Positions 31,769-42,968 of a DNA stretch of 64,000 bases are shown one piece after another. The stretch is from positions 96,001 through 160,000 of the forward strand of contig CAVWLW010000027.1 of assembly GCA_963755715.1 (NCBI GenBank), given 5' to 3'. The position numbers and the translations under genes are program-made. Origin of the DNA: an uncultured delta proteobacterium. GTDB lineage: Bacteria > Desulfobacterota > Binatia > UBA9968. The notes beneath the pieces were generated by a model. The model made no database searches and had not been told where the DNA came from. It saw only the letters and a program-made list of their open reading frames with translations. The stretch's first letter is position 1. Each line of letters starts with the position of its first letter.

Positions 31769-33454
31769 CTATTCCGTGCGCGCTCTTTCGGTTTTCCTCG
31801 AATCAGCCGTGCCGCTCATCGTCGAGTCTTGCCAAGTGATCGCTTGCACGACTCCGAGTTCGCTCTGCTCGCGGAGCACATGACCGCGCTGTTCCAGGCC
31901 CTTTCTTTCCTCAACAGTGATCTTGGCTTCGACATTTAACCGCTCCGGGAGCCACTGATGATGAACGCGCGGCGCTTCGACGGCCGCGCCGACCGGCATA
32001 TGAAAATCGACAACGTTGAGGATTGTCTGCAGGGTTGCGCTGATGATGCGCGGCCCACCGGCCGCGCCGACGACAAGCTCAGGGCGGTTTTGTCGCAGGA
32101 CGATCGTCGGCGCCATGCTGCTGAGCGGACGTTTGTCGGCTTGCAGCGAGTTCGCCTCGTTGCCGATCAAGCCGTAAACATTGCCGATGCCGGGATGAAT
32201 GGCGAAATCATCCATCTCGTTGTTGAGCACGATGCCGGTTTGCGCCACGAGTAGTTTCGAGCCGAAGCGCGTATTGACCGATTGGGTGCATGCCACCGCA
32301 TTGCCGAAACGATCGATCACGCTGAAGTGCGTCGTTCCGCCTTTTTCGGCATTGTAATTGTAATAACCGTAAAAAGGCGGCGGATGCGTTTTGTCGGGCG
32401 AGATCCGGCCGCGAATCCAGGCGGCGTAATCCTTTGCCGTCAGTTTACGAATCGGCACATGGACGAAATCCGGATCGCCGAGAAACTGCGCCCGGTCGGC
32501 GAAGGCATGTTTCATGGCCTCGGTTAGAAGGTGAAGATACTCGGCTGAGTTATGACGAAATTGATCGAGTTTATAGCCTTCAAGGATATTAAGCATCTCT
32601 AAGATCGCGACGCCGCCGGAGCTCGGCGGTGGCATGGTGATGATCGTGCGATCTCGGTATGCGCCAATCAGCGGCTCGCGCCATACCGGCTTGTAGCGTT
32701 TTAGATCATCCGCCGTCATCACGCCGCCGTTTTTTTGGATCGTGTCAATGATCGCCGCGCCAATCCAGCCCTGATAAAAAACTTGAGAACCTTGCGCCGC
32801 GATCGCTTTGAGAGTCTCGGCCAACGCCGGCTGCCGAATAATGGCGCCTTGGGCAGGCACTGCGCCATTGGTGAGATAAATACTGCCAAGGTCGGCGAAG
32901 CGCTTCATCGCCGTCTGCTGGCGCTCGATAGCGATGCGCAGGGTCGGATCCAGAGGAAAACCGTTGCTCGCGAGCTTTAGCGCGGGCGCAACGAGCGCGG
33001 CCAGCGGCAGCGTGCCAAAACGCCGGCGCGCCTCGACCAAGCCGGCGACTTCTCCGGGCACACCGACGGCCAAAGCGCCCGTGAGGCTCAGGGACGGCAC
33101 AGGTTTGCCGTCTTTCGTATATAACTCTCTGCGCGATTCTCGCGGCGCGGTTTCGCGAAAATCCAGCGCGAAGGACTTTCTATCTTGGGCTCGGTAAATC
33201 ACCATGAAGCCGCCGCCGCCCAAGCCCGAGGACGCCTGATCGACCACGGAAAGCGCGAACGCCGTTGCGACCGCCGCGTCGACAGCATTGCCGCCGCGCT
33301 TAAGAATCTCCATGCCCGCGGCGCTCGCGAGTTCGCTGTCGGCGACAACGAGGCCCGCGCTCGATTCGAGCACGCGTTCGCGGGCACTAGCGCGAAAAGA
33401 CAGAACGACGAGGAAAAAAATGACGAGTAGTCGGTTTGGTTTGGCAAATCGCAT
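31769..33454 (-). CDS. ggt: Gamma-glutamyltransferase
   Basis: GGNAVDAAVA, GLGGGGF, DFRETAP, PPPSSGG, TTHFS, LNNEMDDF, PLSSMAP. Confidence 0.96.
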   Translation of the reverse strand: MRFAKPNRLLVIFFLVVLSFRASARERVLESSAGLVVADSELASAAGMEILKRGGNAVDAAVATAFALSVVDQASSGLGGGGFMVIYRAQDRKSFALDFRETAPRESRRELYTKDGKPVPSLSLTGALAVGVPGEVAGLVEARRRFGTLPLAALVAPALKLASNGFPLDPTLRIAIERQQTAMKRFADLGSIYLTNGAVPAQGAIIRQPALAETLKAIAAQGSQVFYQGWIGAAIIDTIQKNGGVMTADDLKRYKPVWREPLIGAYRDRTIITMPPPSSGGVAILEMLNILEGYKLDQFRHNSAEYLHLLTEAMKHAFADRAQFLGDPDFVHVPIRKLTAKDYAAWIRGRISPDKTHPPPFYGYYNYNAEKGGTTHFSVIDRFGNAVACTQSVNTRFGSKLLVAQTGIVLNNEMDDFAIHPGIGNVYGLIGNEANSLQADKRPLSSMAPTIVLRQNRPELVVGAAGGPRIISATLQTILNVVDFHMPVGAAVEAPRVHHQWLPERLNVEAKITVEERKGLEQRGHVLREQSELGVVQAITWQDSTMSGTADSRKTERARTE

Positions 33455-33621
33455 TGGCTGTTGGTTTAATGGTTTGTATTTACATTTGCAATTGCCGTCG
33501 GTGTCACGAACATCGTCCGCCCAAATGATCGACGTGCCTCTGGCGCTTGCGCTAAACGATACCTTGTTTCATATTTCGTGCTAGTTTGAGTCTGCAGGTC
33601 ATCCGAGCCCGCTAACAAATC

Positions 33622-36600
33622 ATGCAAACCATCCTCGGGCCATTTAACCCCGACCTCGAAAACAGTCTCGTCGAGGAAATCCTAAAATATAAGGACGCGG
33701 ACTTGCTCAGCCCGCTGTTGATTCTAACGCCGTCCGACTTGCTGCGCCGGCGGTTAAAAATACTTTTAAGCCGCGAGCGGCGTCTGGCGCTGCTTAATGT
33801 TCAGTTGCTGACCTTTTACCAATTGGCCCTGCGGCTCCAAGCAGAGAGCAGCGGCACAGCGCTGGAGCTACGCACCGATCTATTTCTCGAAGAAGCGCTG
33901 CGCCAAATCATCCGCACGCGCCAGCCCGGCGCGGAGCCTTTTGCCGGCATCGAAGAGCGCGCTGGCGGCTGCGCCGCGCTCTGGCAGACCCTGCGCGATC
34001 TGCGCGACGGACTCGTCGATCCAACGGTCGCGCTCGACGCGCTGGGCGAAGGGCACTTCAGCCAGCGCGCCAGCGAACGCACATCGCAGCTTTTGGTCTT
34101 ACTGCGAACCTTTCAACAATTTTGCCGCCGACAGAAAATCACCGACCAGTCCGACTTGAACCGCGCTGCCACCGAACAGGTTCCGGCATCGAGATTCTTG
34201 CAACAATTTAGTCAGATTTTCTATTATGGCTTTTATGATCTGACGCAAATTCAGGTAGACTTTTTTCACGCGGTCGCGCGCCACTATCCGACCACGCTCT
34301 ATTTTCCCTATCTGTCCGCCAAGCCGAGTCATGACGCCTGGCGCTTCGCCGAGCGCTTTTACGAGCGTTACATTCAGGGACACAACACCGAACCCGCGCA
34401 AGAGTTAGAATCTCAAGGCGTCTTGCCCGCATCAGCGCGCCTGTTCGATGACAACAAAGAGCGAAAATACGGCGACTTTCCGAAACACTGGCAGTGCCAC
34501 ATCGTCAGTACTTTCGGCATTCAAGATGAAGTCGCCGCGGCGGCGAAAGAGATCTTGCGACTTGCCGAGGACTGCAAGCTGCAACTTCATGAAATTGGCG
34601 TTGTGGCTCGAAGCTTGGAGTCTTACAGCCAAGTCGTCAAAGACATTTTTCACCAGCACCGCATCCCGCTCGCCGGCACGCTCGAAGAACCGTTGGTGCA
34701 GTTCCCGTTAACCAAGGCAGTCATTCTGCTTCTGAACTTGCCTGCAAAAGACTTCGTGCGCAGTCAGGTGATCGATCTGCTCTCTTCACCCTATTTTCAA
34801 TTTCAGAACATAGATGGGAATCCAGCTTCGGTTCGCCCCGATCTCTGGGATCTTGCGACGCGCGAGCTCGCCATCTGCAAAGGCGTGGCCGAGTGGCGCC
34901 GGCTGCGCCGTTACAGCCATCGCGATCTAGAACTGCGGCAGATGTCGGATGATGAAGAGCCGCGTAAAATCCGCATCCGCTCGGTGCAGCTAATCTGCCT
35001 GGCCAATCTTGTCGACACACTGATGGCGGATCTCCTTCGGTTGCCGGACCAAGCTTCATGGCAGGAATACGCCGCGGCCTGGAAGGACTTGCTGAAAAAA
35101 TATCTTGGCATTGCGCCCAATACTGAGACGGCGCCGCGTGACCCCAATGCAGAGATTCTCGAAATCCTGGATCAACTCGCCGGTCTGGACAGCGTGGACA
35201 ATCGCGTCGCGCGCAACGATTTTAGCCGTACCTTTCAACACTGGCTCGAACGCTCCAGCGTGACCGATGACCGCCGAAACCGCGACGGCGTCATGGTGCT
35301 AAGTGCAACTGCGGCACGTGGCCTAGCGTTCCGTGCGCTCTTTGTTCTAGGCATGAACGAAGGCGTTTTCCCGCGCACGATCCGCGAAGATGCCTTTCTG
35401 CGCGATCGCGACCGCGAAGTTCTCGACCGCGACCTGGGCTACAAGGTAAGCCAAAAACTCGCCGCCTTCGACGAAGAAAAGTTGCTGTTCACACTGCTCG
35501 TCGGCGCCGCGCGCGAGCGGCTCTATTGCTCCTTTCAAAGAGCGGACGACAGCGGCAGAGGGCTGGCACCATCCTGGTACGTCGATGAGCTCAAGCGCGC
35601 TCTCAAAGAGCACGGCCGCGAATGCGAAACGATCAATATTCCACGAAGCATGACTGAAAAAACCGCGACGCCGCCGTTCGACCGCCAGGATTTATTATTG
35701 CCGTCCGAACTAGCGATTCGCCTGACGCTCGAAGCTCAAGATCCCACCGCGCTGATCGAAGCCACGGCTTCGCTGCCGGAGCTTTACAGGCAAGGACGCC
35801 AGGTCGTCGCCGCAATCGATCAAAGCAGTGACCGCCTGCTTCCTTACGACGGCGCGCTCGCCGACTTCGATAGCTACTGGAAACATTTTTCCAAGCGCGG
35901 CCCTTCGCCCACGGCGCTCGAAACCTATGCCCGCTGCCCGTTTCAGTTTTTCGCGCGCCACGTGCTCGGCTTGGAACCGCTCGACCATCCTGAAGAAACC
36001 CTCGGACCGAGCCCCGCGGAGTTCGGCGAGCTCGGTCATGGAATTTTGCATTCGTTTTACCGCGCTTGGATTGACGCCGGTTACTTTGCCGGCAAAGCGG
36101 TAACGGTGGACATGGAAACTACGCTGCAAGCCGTCACCGTCCGCGCCTTCGCCGACTATGAAGAGAATAATCCGGTTGGCTACCCGCTCGCGTGGGAGAG
36201 CGTCAAGGACGGTCTCGTCCAACTGTTGCGCCAAGTGATCGCTCAAGATCTCGCCGAGTTGTCACAGTCAGGGTTTTCGCCCGTGAGCCTGGAGGCCGAC
36301 GTGACGACGCGCTTGCCGCCCGACTGGCCGGAACCGCTGAAAAACCTGGCGATCCGCGGCCGCATGGACCGTATCGACCGAAAAGACGACGCTCTGCGGG
36401 TAATCGACTATAAATTCAAATTCGGTGCAAACCGGGCAACCCAAGACAAGAATCTGATCCGCGCCGCCATGCGCGGCGAGAGATTGCAGCCACCCTTCTA
36501 TTACATGCTCGCGCAACGCTGGGCCGAGGAGCAACTTCTCAAGCCATTGCCAAAGACTATCGAGGCGGATTTTTACTACATTTCGCCTCGCTGGGCCGAC

Positions 36601-36873
36601 GGGCCGCTGATCTCGACGCCTTACGGCAGCGAAGGACTTGCCGACAAGGTCGGCGCGGCAACCAAACGCACGATCGCCTATCTGGTCGATGGCGTTCGGC
36701 AAGGCCGTTTCTTCATCAACCGCGGCGTCCACTGCGGCCACTGCGACGCGGCGCCGATCTGCCGCAAAAACCATCCGCCGAGCCTGTGGCGCGCCGAGAA
36801 CGATCCGCTGACCGAACCGCATCGCGCTTTACGCGCAAAAGATCCCAATGACGATGAGCCCGAGCCAGATTGA
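33622..36873 (+). CDS. addB: AddB/RexB-like helicase-nuclease subunit with PD-(D/E)XK domain and Fe-S staple
   Basis: ETYARCPFQFF, RGRMDRID...IDYK, Q..Y, C-terminal CGHC.....C; directly upstream of AddA. Confidence 0.8.
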   Translation: MQTILGPFNPDLENSLVEEILKYKDADLLSPLLILTPSDLLRRRLKILLSRERRLALLNVQLLTFYQLALRLQAESSGTALELRTDLFLEEALRQIIRTRQPGAEPFAGIEERAGGCAALWQTLRDLRDGLVDPTVALDALGEGHFSQRASERTSQLLVLLRTFQQFCRRQKITDQSDLNRAATEQVPASRFLQQFSQIFYYGFYDLTQIQVDFFHAVARHYPTTLYFPYLSAKPSHDAWRFAERFYERYIQGHNTEPAQELESQGVLPASARLFDDNKERKYGDFPKHWQCHIVSTFGIQDEVAAAAKEILRLAEDCKLQLHEIGVVARSLESYSQVVKDIFHQHRIPLAGTLEEPLVQFPLTKAVILLLNLPAKDFVRSQVIDLLSSPYFQFQNIDGNPASVRPDLWDLATRELAICKGVAEWRRLRRYSHRDLELRQMSDDEEPRKIRIRSVQLICLANLVDTLMADLLRLPDQASWQEYAAAWKDLLKKYLGIAPNTETAPRDPNAEILEILDQLAGLDSVDNRVARNDFSRTFQHWLERSSVTDDRRNRDGVMVLSATAARGLAFRALFVLGMNEGVFPRTIREDAFLRDRDREVLDRDLGYKVSQKLAAFDEEKLLFTLLVGAARERLYCSFQRADDSGRGLAPSWYVDELKRALKEHGRECETINIPRSMTEKTATPPFDRQDLLLPSELAIRLTLEAQDPTALIEATASLPELYRQGRQVVAAIDQSSDRLLPYDGALADFDSYWKHFSKRGPSPTALETYARCPFQFFARHVLGLEPLDHPEETLGPSPAEFGELGHGILHSFYRAWIDAGYFAGKAVTVDMETTLQAVTVRAFADYEENNPVGYPLAWESVKDGLVQLLRQVIAQDLAELSQSGFSPVSLEADVTTRLPPDWPEPLKNLAIRGRMDRIDRKDDALRVIDYKFKFGANRATQDKNLIRAAMRGERLQPPFYYMLAQRWAEEQLLKPLPKTIEADFYYISPRWADGPLISTPYGSEGLADKVGAATKRTIAYLVDGVRQGRFFINRGVHCGHCDAAPICRKNHPPSLWRAENDPLTEPHRALRAKDPNDDEPEPD

Positions 36874-39800
36874 ACTTGCCGACGCCGGTGATCGACAGGT
36901 CGCCACCGCCTCTTTCGATCGCAATCTCGTGGTCACGGCGGGAGCAGGCACCGGCAAAACGACGTTGTTGGTCGATCGCCTGGTTCATTTGCTGCTGCGC
37001 AATCCCCAGCCGCTAAAAATCACCGAGATCGTCGCCCTCACCTTTACTAACAAAGCCGCCGACGAAATGAAGCTTCGGCTGCGTCAACGCCTGCAGGCTT
37101 TTCTCGATGTCCAGCTCGATCGTGAAGCCGCCAACGATGCCGAGGCTAAAACCAAGAGCGACGCTGAAGCGCTGATCGCGCTCTACCAGCTCTCCAAAGA
37201 CGAATTGGACAATCGCATCCATGATGCGCTCAGAAACATGGAACGAAGCGACATCGGCACGATCCATAGCTTCGCCGCCAACTTGCTTCGCCTCTATCCG
37301 CTCGAAGCGGGCGTCGACCCGCAATTTCGTGAGGACGATGGCGCAGCGTTCGACCGGCTTTTCGACGACCACTGGAACTTGTGGTTGGATCAGGAACTTT
37401 CCTTGGACAGCGCGCACGCGGCGGACTGGCAGAAAATTCTCCCTCGCTGCGGCCTCGATCAAATCAAGGCCTTGGCCAAATCGATTGCCGCGGAAAACGT
37501 CGATCTTCGGCAGAACGCTAACCTAGCCAACGCCGTTTTCCCTGCCCTACGCGATTGGTTGGCAAGGCTCGAAGCCAAGGCCGCAGCCTTGATTGAACGT
37601 CATCCCGAGGATCGCCTGAATGAAAAGTTAGTTCGCGCGGCACGTACTGTCCTGAGCGAGTTTAGAAAAGACGGACAGCGCTCGGATACGTTAATGGACG
37701 AATACGCGCTTTTGTCCGATAAGTCGATCAATCGAGATGTTCAGGGCTGGCCTTCCGACGATGTCGCAACAGCTCAAGAGCTCGTGCGCGCCGCCAAGGG
37801 GCTCGTCAAAGTCGACGGCGAATTGACCGCCACGTTCTGGCGCTTGCTTGTTCCCTTCGCCGAGGATTTCCGCGAGCGCTTCATCCGCGAAGGGCATCTA
37901 TCTTTTGACGGCTTACTCGTGCGCGCGCGCAACCTCGTGCGCGACCAAGTGCGCGTACGCGCGGATCTCAAACGACGCTACCGCACTATTCTCATCGACG
38001 AATTTCAAGACACGGATCCGATTCAATATGAGATTCTCCTCTATTTGGCGGAACAAACCGGTCAGATAGCGTTGGACTGGCGTCAAGTTAGAGTCGTTCC
38101 GGGAAAAATATTTGTGGTCGGCGATCCGAAGCAGTCGATCTACGCTTTTCGCCGCGCGGACATCGAAGCCTACCTCGAAGTCGTCGAAAAAATTATCAAA
38201 GCGCAGGATGGCATCGAGTGCCGTCTCACCACCAACTTTCGCAGCAACGCGGCGATCCTGGACGGAGTGAACGGCGCGTTCGAAAACCTCATCCAAGCTC
38301 AAGACGGCGTGCAACCGCCCTACATCGCCATCTATCCGGCGCCCGGTCGAATCACCGAGCCGAGCGACATTCCCAAGCTCTTGGTGCGAAAGATTGTCGC
38401 GGACCGAGACGTCAATGCCGAAACCGCGCGCCATCTGGAAGGTGAAAGCCTGGCGCGCTGGCTAAAGGAGCAGGTCTTAGGCAAAGCCACAATTTTGAAC
38501 ACGCGAGGCGAAAAAGTCCAGGCGCAGCCTAAAGATGTCGCGATTCTGCTGCGCAAGCTCACCGACATCCACGACTACCTAGAACCCTTGCGCCGCCAAG
38601 AAATTCGGTACGTCGTCGAAGGCGAACGCCACTTTTACGCCGCGAAAGAAATCATCGACGCCGTCAACCTGCTGCGCGCCGTAGAAAATCCCCACGATCG
38701 GCTGGCGTTCGTCGGCGTTCTACGCGCGCCTTTGGGCGGGCTCACCGACCAGCAAATTTATGAGCTGCACCGGCAAAACCTGCTCGATTACCGCGCTGCC
38801 GCGAAACTCGCTGGAAAGGATTTTCCACCGACGCTGGTACAGCTCTATGACACGCTGGCGCGCCTACATGATGAAACCCGCAGAATGCCGATTGGCGCCG
38901 CGGTAGCCCATGTATTTGCGACGTTGCCGGTGGAACTGCTGGCGGCATGCTATTTTCACGGCGAACAGGCGGTGGCAAATTTGCAAAAGTTGGCGCAGCA
39001 GGCCGAGTTGCTTGGCCGCGAAGGATTGACCACGCTTAAGGAAGCGATCCGCCAGCTAGAACAACGCGTGCTCGACGTCAAAGATGAAGGCGAAAGCGTG
39101 CTCGCCGAAGAAAACCTCGATGCCGTACGCATCATGAGCATTCACAAATCTAAAGGCTTGGAGTTCCCCATCGTGATTCTAGCCGGCTGCCAAACCGGCA
39201 TCGAGGGCAGACACAGCGCCGCAGCCGAAGCGCTGTTCGATTGGTCGACGGGATTGACCGGCTTACGTATCGGCGCGATTTCGGATCTCGCCGGGCTATA
39301 CATCGCGGAAAAAACCAGGCTGAGAAACGCCGAAGAACAAAAGCGTCTGCTCTACGTCGCTATGACCAGAGCGAGAGAGCATCTAATTATCTCCTGCGCG
39401 CCGAGCGATCGGCGCTCGAGCGGCAGTTTTCTTTCCATGCTCGACGACACCGTGAACCACGGTATCACCGACGCAGAAGAGCCAAAGAGGGTATCGCTCG
39501 GGGCCGGCGTAGTGGAAATCGAAGTCGTCAGCGAAAGACTGACCGCGCCCGGTCGCACAAAAGGCAAATCCAAACGCGTCAAGAAAACAAACCGAGTGGA
39601 GATCCTTCATCGATACTTGGGCGCGCCGCGACGCGCGACTATGAGAAGGCGCAACAAGCCGCGCCGTTTGTCACGCCGACGCTCCTGAAACGGCAAGAGG
39701 AATCATCGACTGAATCCGGCAGCAAAATGAACGGTCAATTCTATCGGCAAACGCCGGCTCTCGTCGTCGGTGATCTTGCGCACCGTTTTCTGCAGAACTG

Positions 39801-40269
39801 GCAGTTCACCAGGGACGTCAAAGAATACAAAGGGCAACTTCACGATTTCATCACGCTCTCACTGCCGAGGGAATTCGCGTCATCCTGCCGAGAGATCGAA
39901 GCCGAGCTCGAAGACATTTTCCAGGCTTTCTTTCGCTCGAAAGTCTACGCCGAGCTCGCCGGCGCACGGATCCTCGGCCGCGAAGTGCCGCTCTTGATGC
40001 CGTGGAACGGCCAGATCATGGAAGGTGTCATCGATTTGATCTACGAAAAAAACGGCTTGCTTTACTTGGCCGACTATAAGACAGATAGGATCACGAAAGA
40101 TCAATTGATCGAAGGCGCGGCGCGCTATAACCGGCAGGCGGAAATCTATTCACAAGCGGTCAAACAGAGTCTCGGACGCGAACTCGCGGCTTTTAAAATA
40201 ATTTTCTTGCGTCTCGGCGAAGCCGTCGAGCTCGGCGCAGAAAAGAATAAGGAGTTATCGCTGTTCTGA
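36848..40269 (+). CDS. addA: AddA-like UvrD helicase-nuclease (frameshifts near 39590-39640)
   Basis: AGAGTGKTT, TFTNKAA, DEFQDT, VGDPKQSIYAFR, SIHKSKGLE, YVAMTRA; nuclease GVIDL...DYKT in a shifted frame. Confidence 0.87.
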
Positions 40270-40272
40270 TCC

Positions 40273-40887
40273 ATGGCCATGAAGATTATTTTTCTCGATA
40301 TCGAAACCGTCCCTACCGATCTATCGTTGCAGGAAAATGGTCTCCTTGAACCGCAAATCCAACTGAATGAAGCCGAGCTGATCAAAAAGCTCAGCCTATC
40401 GGCGGCAACCGCGAAGATTATTTGCCTCTGCTACGCCATCGAGCCGTCCACAGACACCGAAGTCCAAGTGCTTCAAGGAGAAGAGACCGAAATCATCAAA
40501 GGGTTTTGGAAATTGGCGGTCGAGTGCAATCTCTTCGTCGGCCACAACATCCTCGATTTCGACCTTCGCTTCATCTATCAACGCTCGATCATCCATCAAA
40601 TCAAACCGTCGCGCGATCTTCCCTTTGCTCGTTTCCGAAACGCGCCGATTTACGACACCATGCAGGAGTGGAGCAAGTGGGGCCGCGAACACGCGAGCCT
40701 CGACACACTTTCGAAAGCCCTCAGCATTCCTTCGCCGAAGGAAAGTCTCGACGGCTCTAAAGTCTACCCGTACTACCGAGCCGGCAAGCTCGCCGAAATC
40801 ATCGAATACTGTAAGCGCGACGTCGACTCGACACGGCAAGTCTATCGCCGGCTGACGTTTACGAATGGGCCGGGGCCGGCTGTATAG
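40273..40887 (+). CDS. DnaQ-like 3'-5' exonuclease (PolB exonuclease-related)
   Basis: FLDIET, GHN...FD, YC..DV DEDD motifs. Confidence 0.85.
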   Translation: MAMKIIFLDIETVPTDLSLQENGLLEPQIQLNEAELIKKLSLSAATAKIICLCYAIEPSTDTEVQVLQGEETEIIKGFWKLAVECNLFVGHNILDFDLRFIYQRSIIHQIKPSRDLPFARFRNAPIYDTMQEWSKWGREHASLDTLSKALSIPSPKESLDGSKVYPYYRAGKLAEIIEYCKRDVDSTRQVYRRLTFTNGPGPAV

Positions 40888-41041
40888 ACAACCGTCTTGA
40901 CGTTTGGGGCAAGTGATGTGACAAACCGCAACAATTCTACATGCTGCACCTAACCGATTCGCTAAAGCGCATGCCTAGCGTGTATGTTATCGGCCTGTTA
41001 GATAGCAACTAACTATTGTGCCAAGACATCGAGAGAAGGAT

Positions 41042-41449
41042 ATGAACGAAGAACGAATAGCTCAAAATTTGGCGGCCGTTGTGAACCATTTTCACAGTGA
41101 GGCGCTGAACGACGTGGAGGCCGCACTTTCGACATTCACCGACGATGTCATTTGGGAGGCACCTGCACCGAACGGTCTTAACCGATCTTTCACGGGGAAG
41201 GAGGCGGTCGAGAGTAATTATCGGCAGCTCTGGGCGTCCATGCGCAATGTGACCTTTCAGCCACTCCAGCGCATCGCTACCGAGGATCGTGTGGTGGATG
41301 ACTGCACGGTTACTTTTGAGGTGGCCAAAGATGGATATTGGCATTTTCCGGTCGGCAGCAAAGTGGAAATGCGACTGGTCCACATCTTCGAGATGCGCGA
41401 CGGAAAGATCGCACGGGAGATCGTTTTCGACATGGGACGTAGCGTCTAG
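41042..41449 (+). CDS. SnoaL/NTF2-like protein
   Basis: FTDDVIW, GKEAV..Y, HIFEMRDGKIARE. Confidence 0.85.
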   Translation: MNEERIAQNLAAVVNHFHSEALNDVEAALSTFTDDVIWEAPAPNGLNRSFTGKEAVESNYRQLWASMRNVTFQPLQRIATEDRVVDDCTVTFEVAKDGYWHFPVGSKVEMRLVHIFEMRDGKIAREIVFDMGRSV

Positions 41450-41676
41450 TTGGAAGGGCAAGATGATACCGACGACTGCTGGGATCTAGTTCGAGATTGG
41501 GAGCATATTGGCTAAGGTTTAATCTCCATTTAGTTCTTGCTCCTGCCTTCTCGACGGCTCGTTTGACTCCCAGTACGCCAGTCGATAATAATTGTTACAA
41601 ATCCGCTAGGCCTGAGCACGTGATCTCACGCCGATCTGCAGATTCCAACGAATTATACGAGCAAGAAGGAGGCATT

Positions 41677-42873
41677 ATGGATCATCCCGCTGAGCAATCA
41701 TTTCAGGAACCGACAGATAAAAAGACCCGGGCCGGCTATGGAAAATTTCTCCGGCCGAATACGCCTTACGACAACTTCATGGAGTCGCAGGGCATTCCGA
41801 TTTATCGCGACATCGGCGTTCGGCGCGTGCAGGATCTGCCTCGCAAGCCGTGGAAGCGCATGGGCGGCAACGGCACGTTCATTCAGCTCCTCGGCACCGA
41901 AGGTCTGTGGGGTTGCTACGTCGTCGAGGTCCCCGGCGCCGGCGCGTTGAACCCGGAAAAGCATCTGTACGAAGAGCAGTATCTCGTCGTCGACGGCCGC
42001 GGCACCACCGAGGTTTGGGTCGACGGCAATCCGAAGAAGGTCACGTTTGAATGGCAGAAAGGCTCGATCTTCGCCATTCCGATGAATGCGACGCATCGCA
42101 TCGTCAATGCGACCTCGAGCCCGGCGCTTTTGCTCGCCGGCACCACGGCGCCCAATATTATGAACAACTTTGGCAACGAGGATTTTATCTTCAACTGCCC
42201 CTATAACTTCAAAGACCGTTTCGATCCCAGCGACGACTACTACAAGTACAAAGAAGAAGTCACGCCGGACCCGCTCCGGGGTCTCGCCATGCGCCAGACG
42301 AACATCATTCCCGACGTCATGTCCTGCGAGTTACCCATGGATAACCGGCGCTCGCCGGGTTATCGGCGCATCGAGCCGCATATGGCGGGACAGCAATTCT
42401 ATATGTGGATCGGTCAGCATGAAACCGGCCGTTACTCGAAAGCGCATGCGCATGGCTCCGCGGCAGTGCTGATTTGCCTGAGCGGCAAAGGGTATACCTA
42501 CACGTGGCCGGCAAAATTGGGCACCCATCCCTGGGAAAAAGGCACGACGGAAGAAATCAGACGCCAGGACTATGAACCCGTGGGTATGGTCAGCGCGGCG
42601 CCAATGAGCGGGAACTGGTTTCATGCCCATTTTGGCGCGAGCAAAGAGCCGCTGCGTCTCACCGCCTGGTTCGGCCCCAACGCGCCAGGGCGCGATCGCG
42701 GCAAGCCTGGTGAAAAGGGCATCGACTACGGCGCCATCGACATGAAAGACGGCGGCACGGCGATCCCGTACAACGAAGAAGATCCGTATCTCCGTAAAGA
42801 GTTCGAAGAAACGCTGGCAAGTGTGGGCGCGCAATCGCGCATGGAGCCGGATCTTTACAAGCACTCCTACTAA
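41677..42873 (+). CDS. Bicupin protein (gentisate-dioxygenase-like fold)
   Basis: Cupin 1 HLYEE...G.G.T...H; cupin 2 HAH....G.GYT...WFHAHF; AAGGAGG RBS. Confidence 0.85.
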   Translation: MDHPAEQSFQEPTDKKTRAGYGKFLRPNTPYDNFMESQGIPIYRDIGVRRVQDLPRKPWKRMGGNGTFIQLLGTEGLWGCYVVEVPGAGALNPEKHLYEEQYLVVDGRGTTEVWVDGNPKKVTFEWQKGSIFAIPMNATHRIVNATSSPALLLAGTTAPNIMNNFGNEDFIFNCPYNFKDRFDPSDDYYKYKEEVTPDPLRGLAMRQTNIIPDVMSCELPMDNRRSPGYRRIEPHMAGQQFYMWIGQHETGRYSKAHAHGSAAVLICLSGKGYTYTWPAKLGTHPWEKGTTEEIRRQDYEPVGMVSAAPMSGNWFHAHFGASKEPLRLTAWFGPNAPGRDRGKPGEKGIDYGAIDMKDGGTAIPYNEEDPYLRKEFEETLASVGAQSRMEPDLYKHSY

Positions 42874-42887
42874 GAATCTGTCTCAGC

Positions 42888-42936
42888 GTCTAGGGTCTAG
42901 AGTTTGGGGGTTAACGCCAGACTCTAGACTCTGGAA
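42888..42936. repeat. Degenerate inverted heptamer repeats (TCTAGRG / YTCTAGA)
   Basis: TCTAGGG-TCTAGAG-TTTGGGG ... CCAGACT-CTAGACT-CTGGA. Confidence 0.55.
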
Positions 42937-42968
42937 TCCAAACGATCTTAGCTGCCCAAAGGAATTTC

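Noticed and set aside
39590-39640. Programmed frameshift separating the AddA helicase and nuclease
   Set aside because: Two nearby indels appear needed, there is no clear slippery site with stimulator, and similar indels occur throughout the window.
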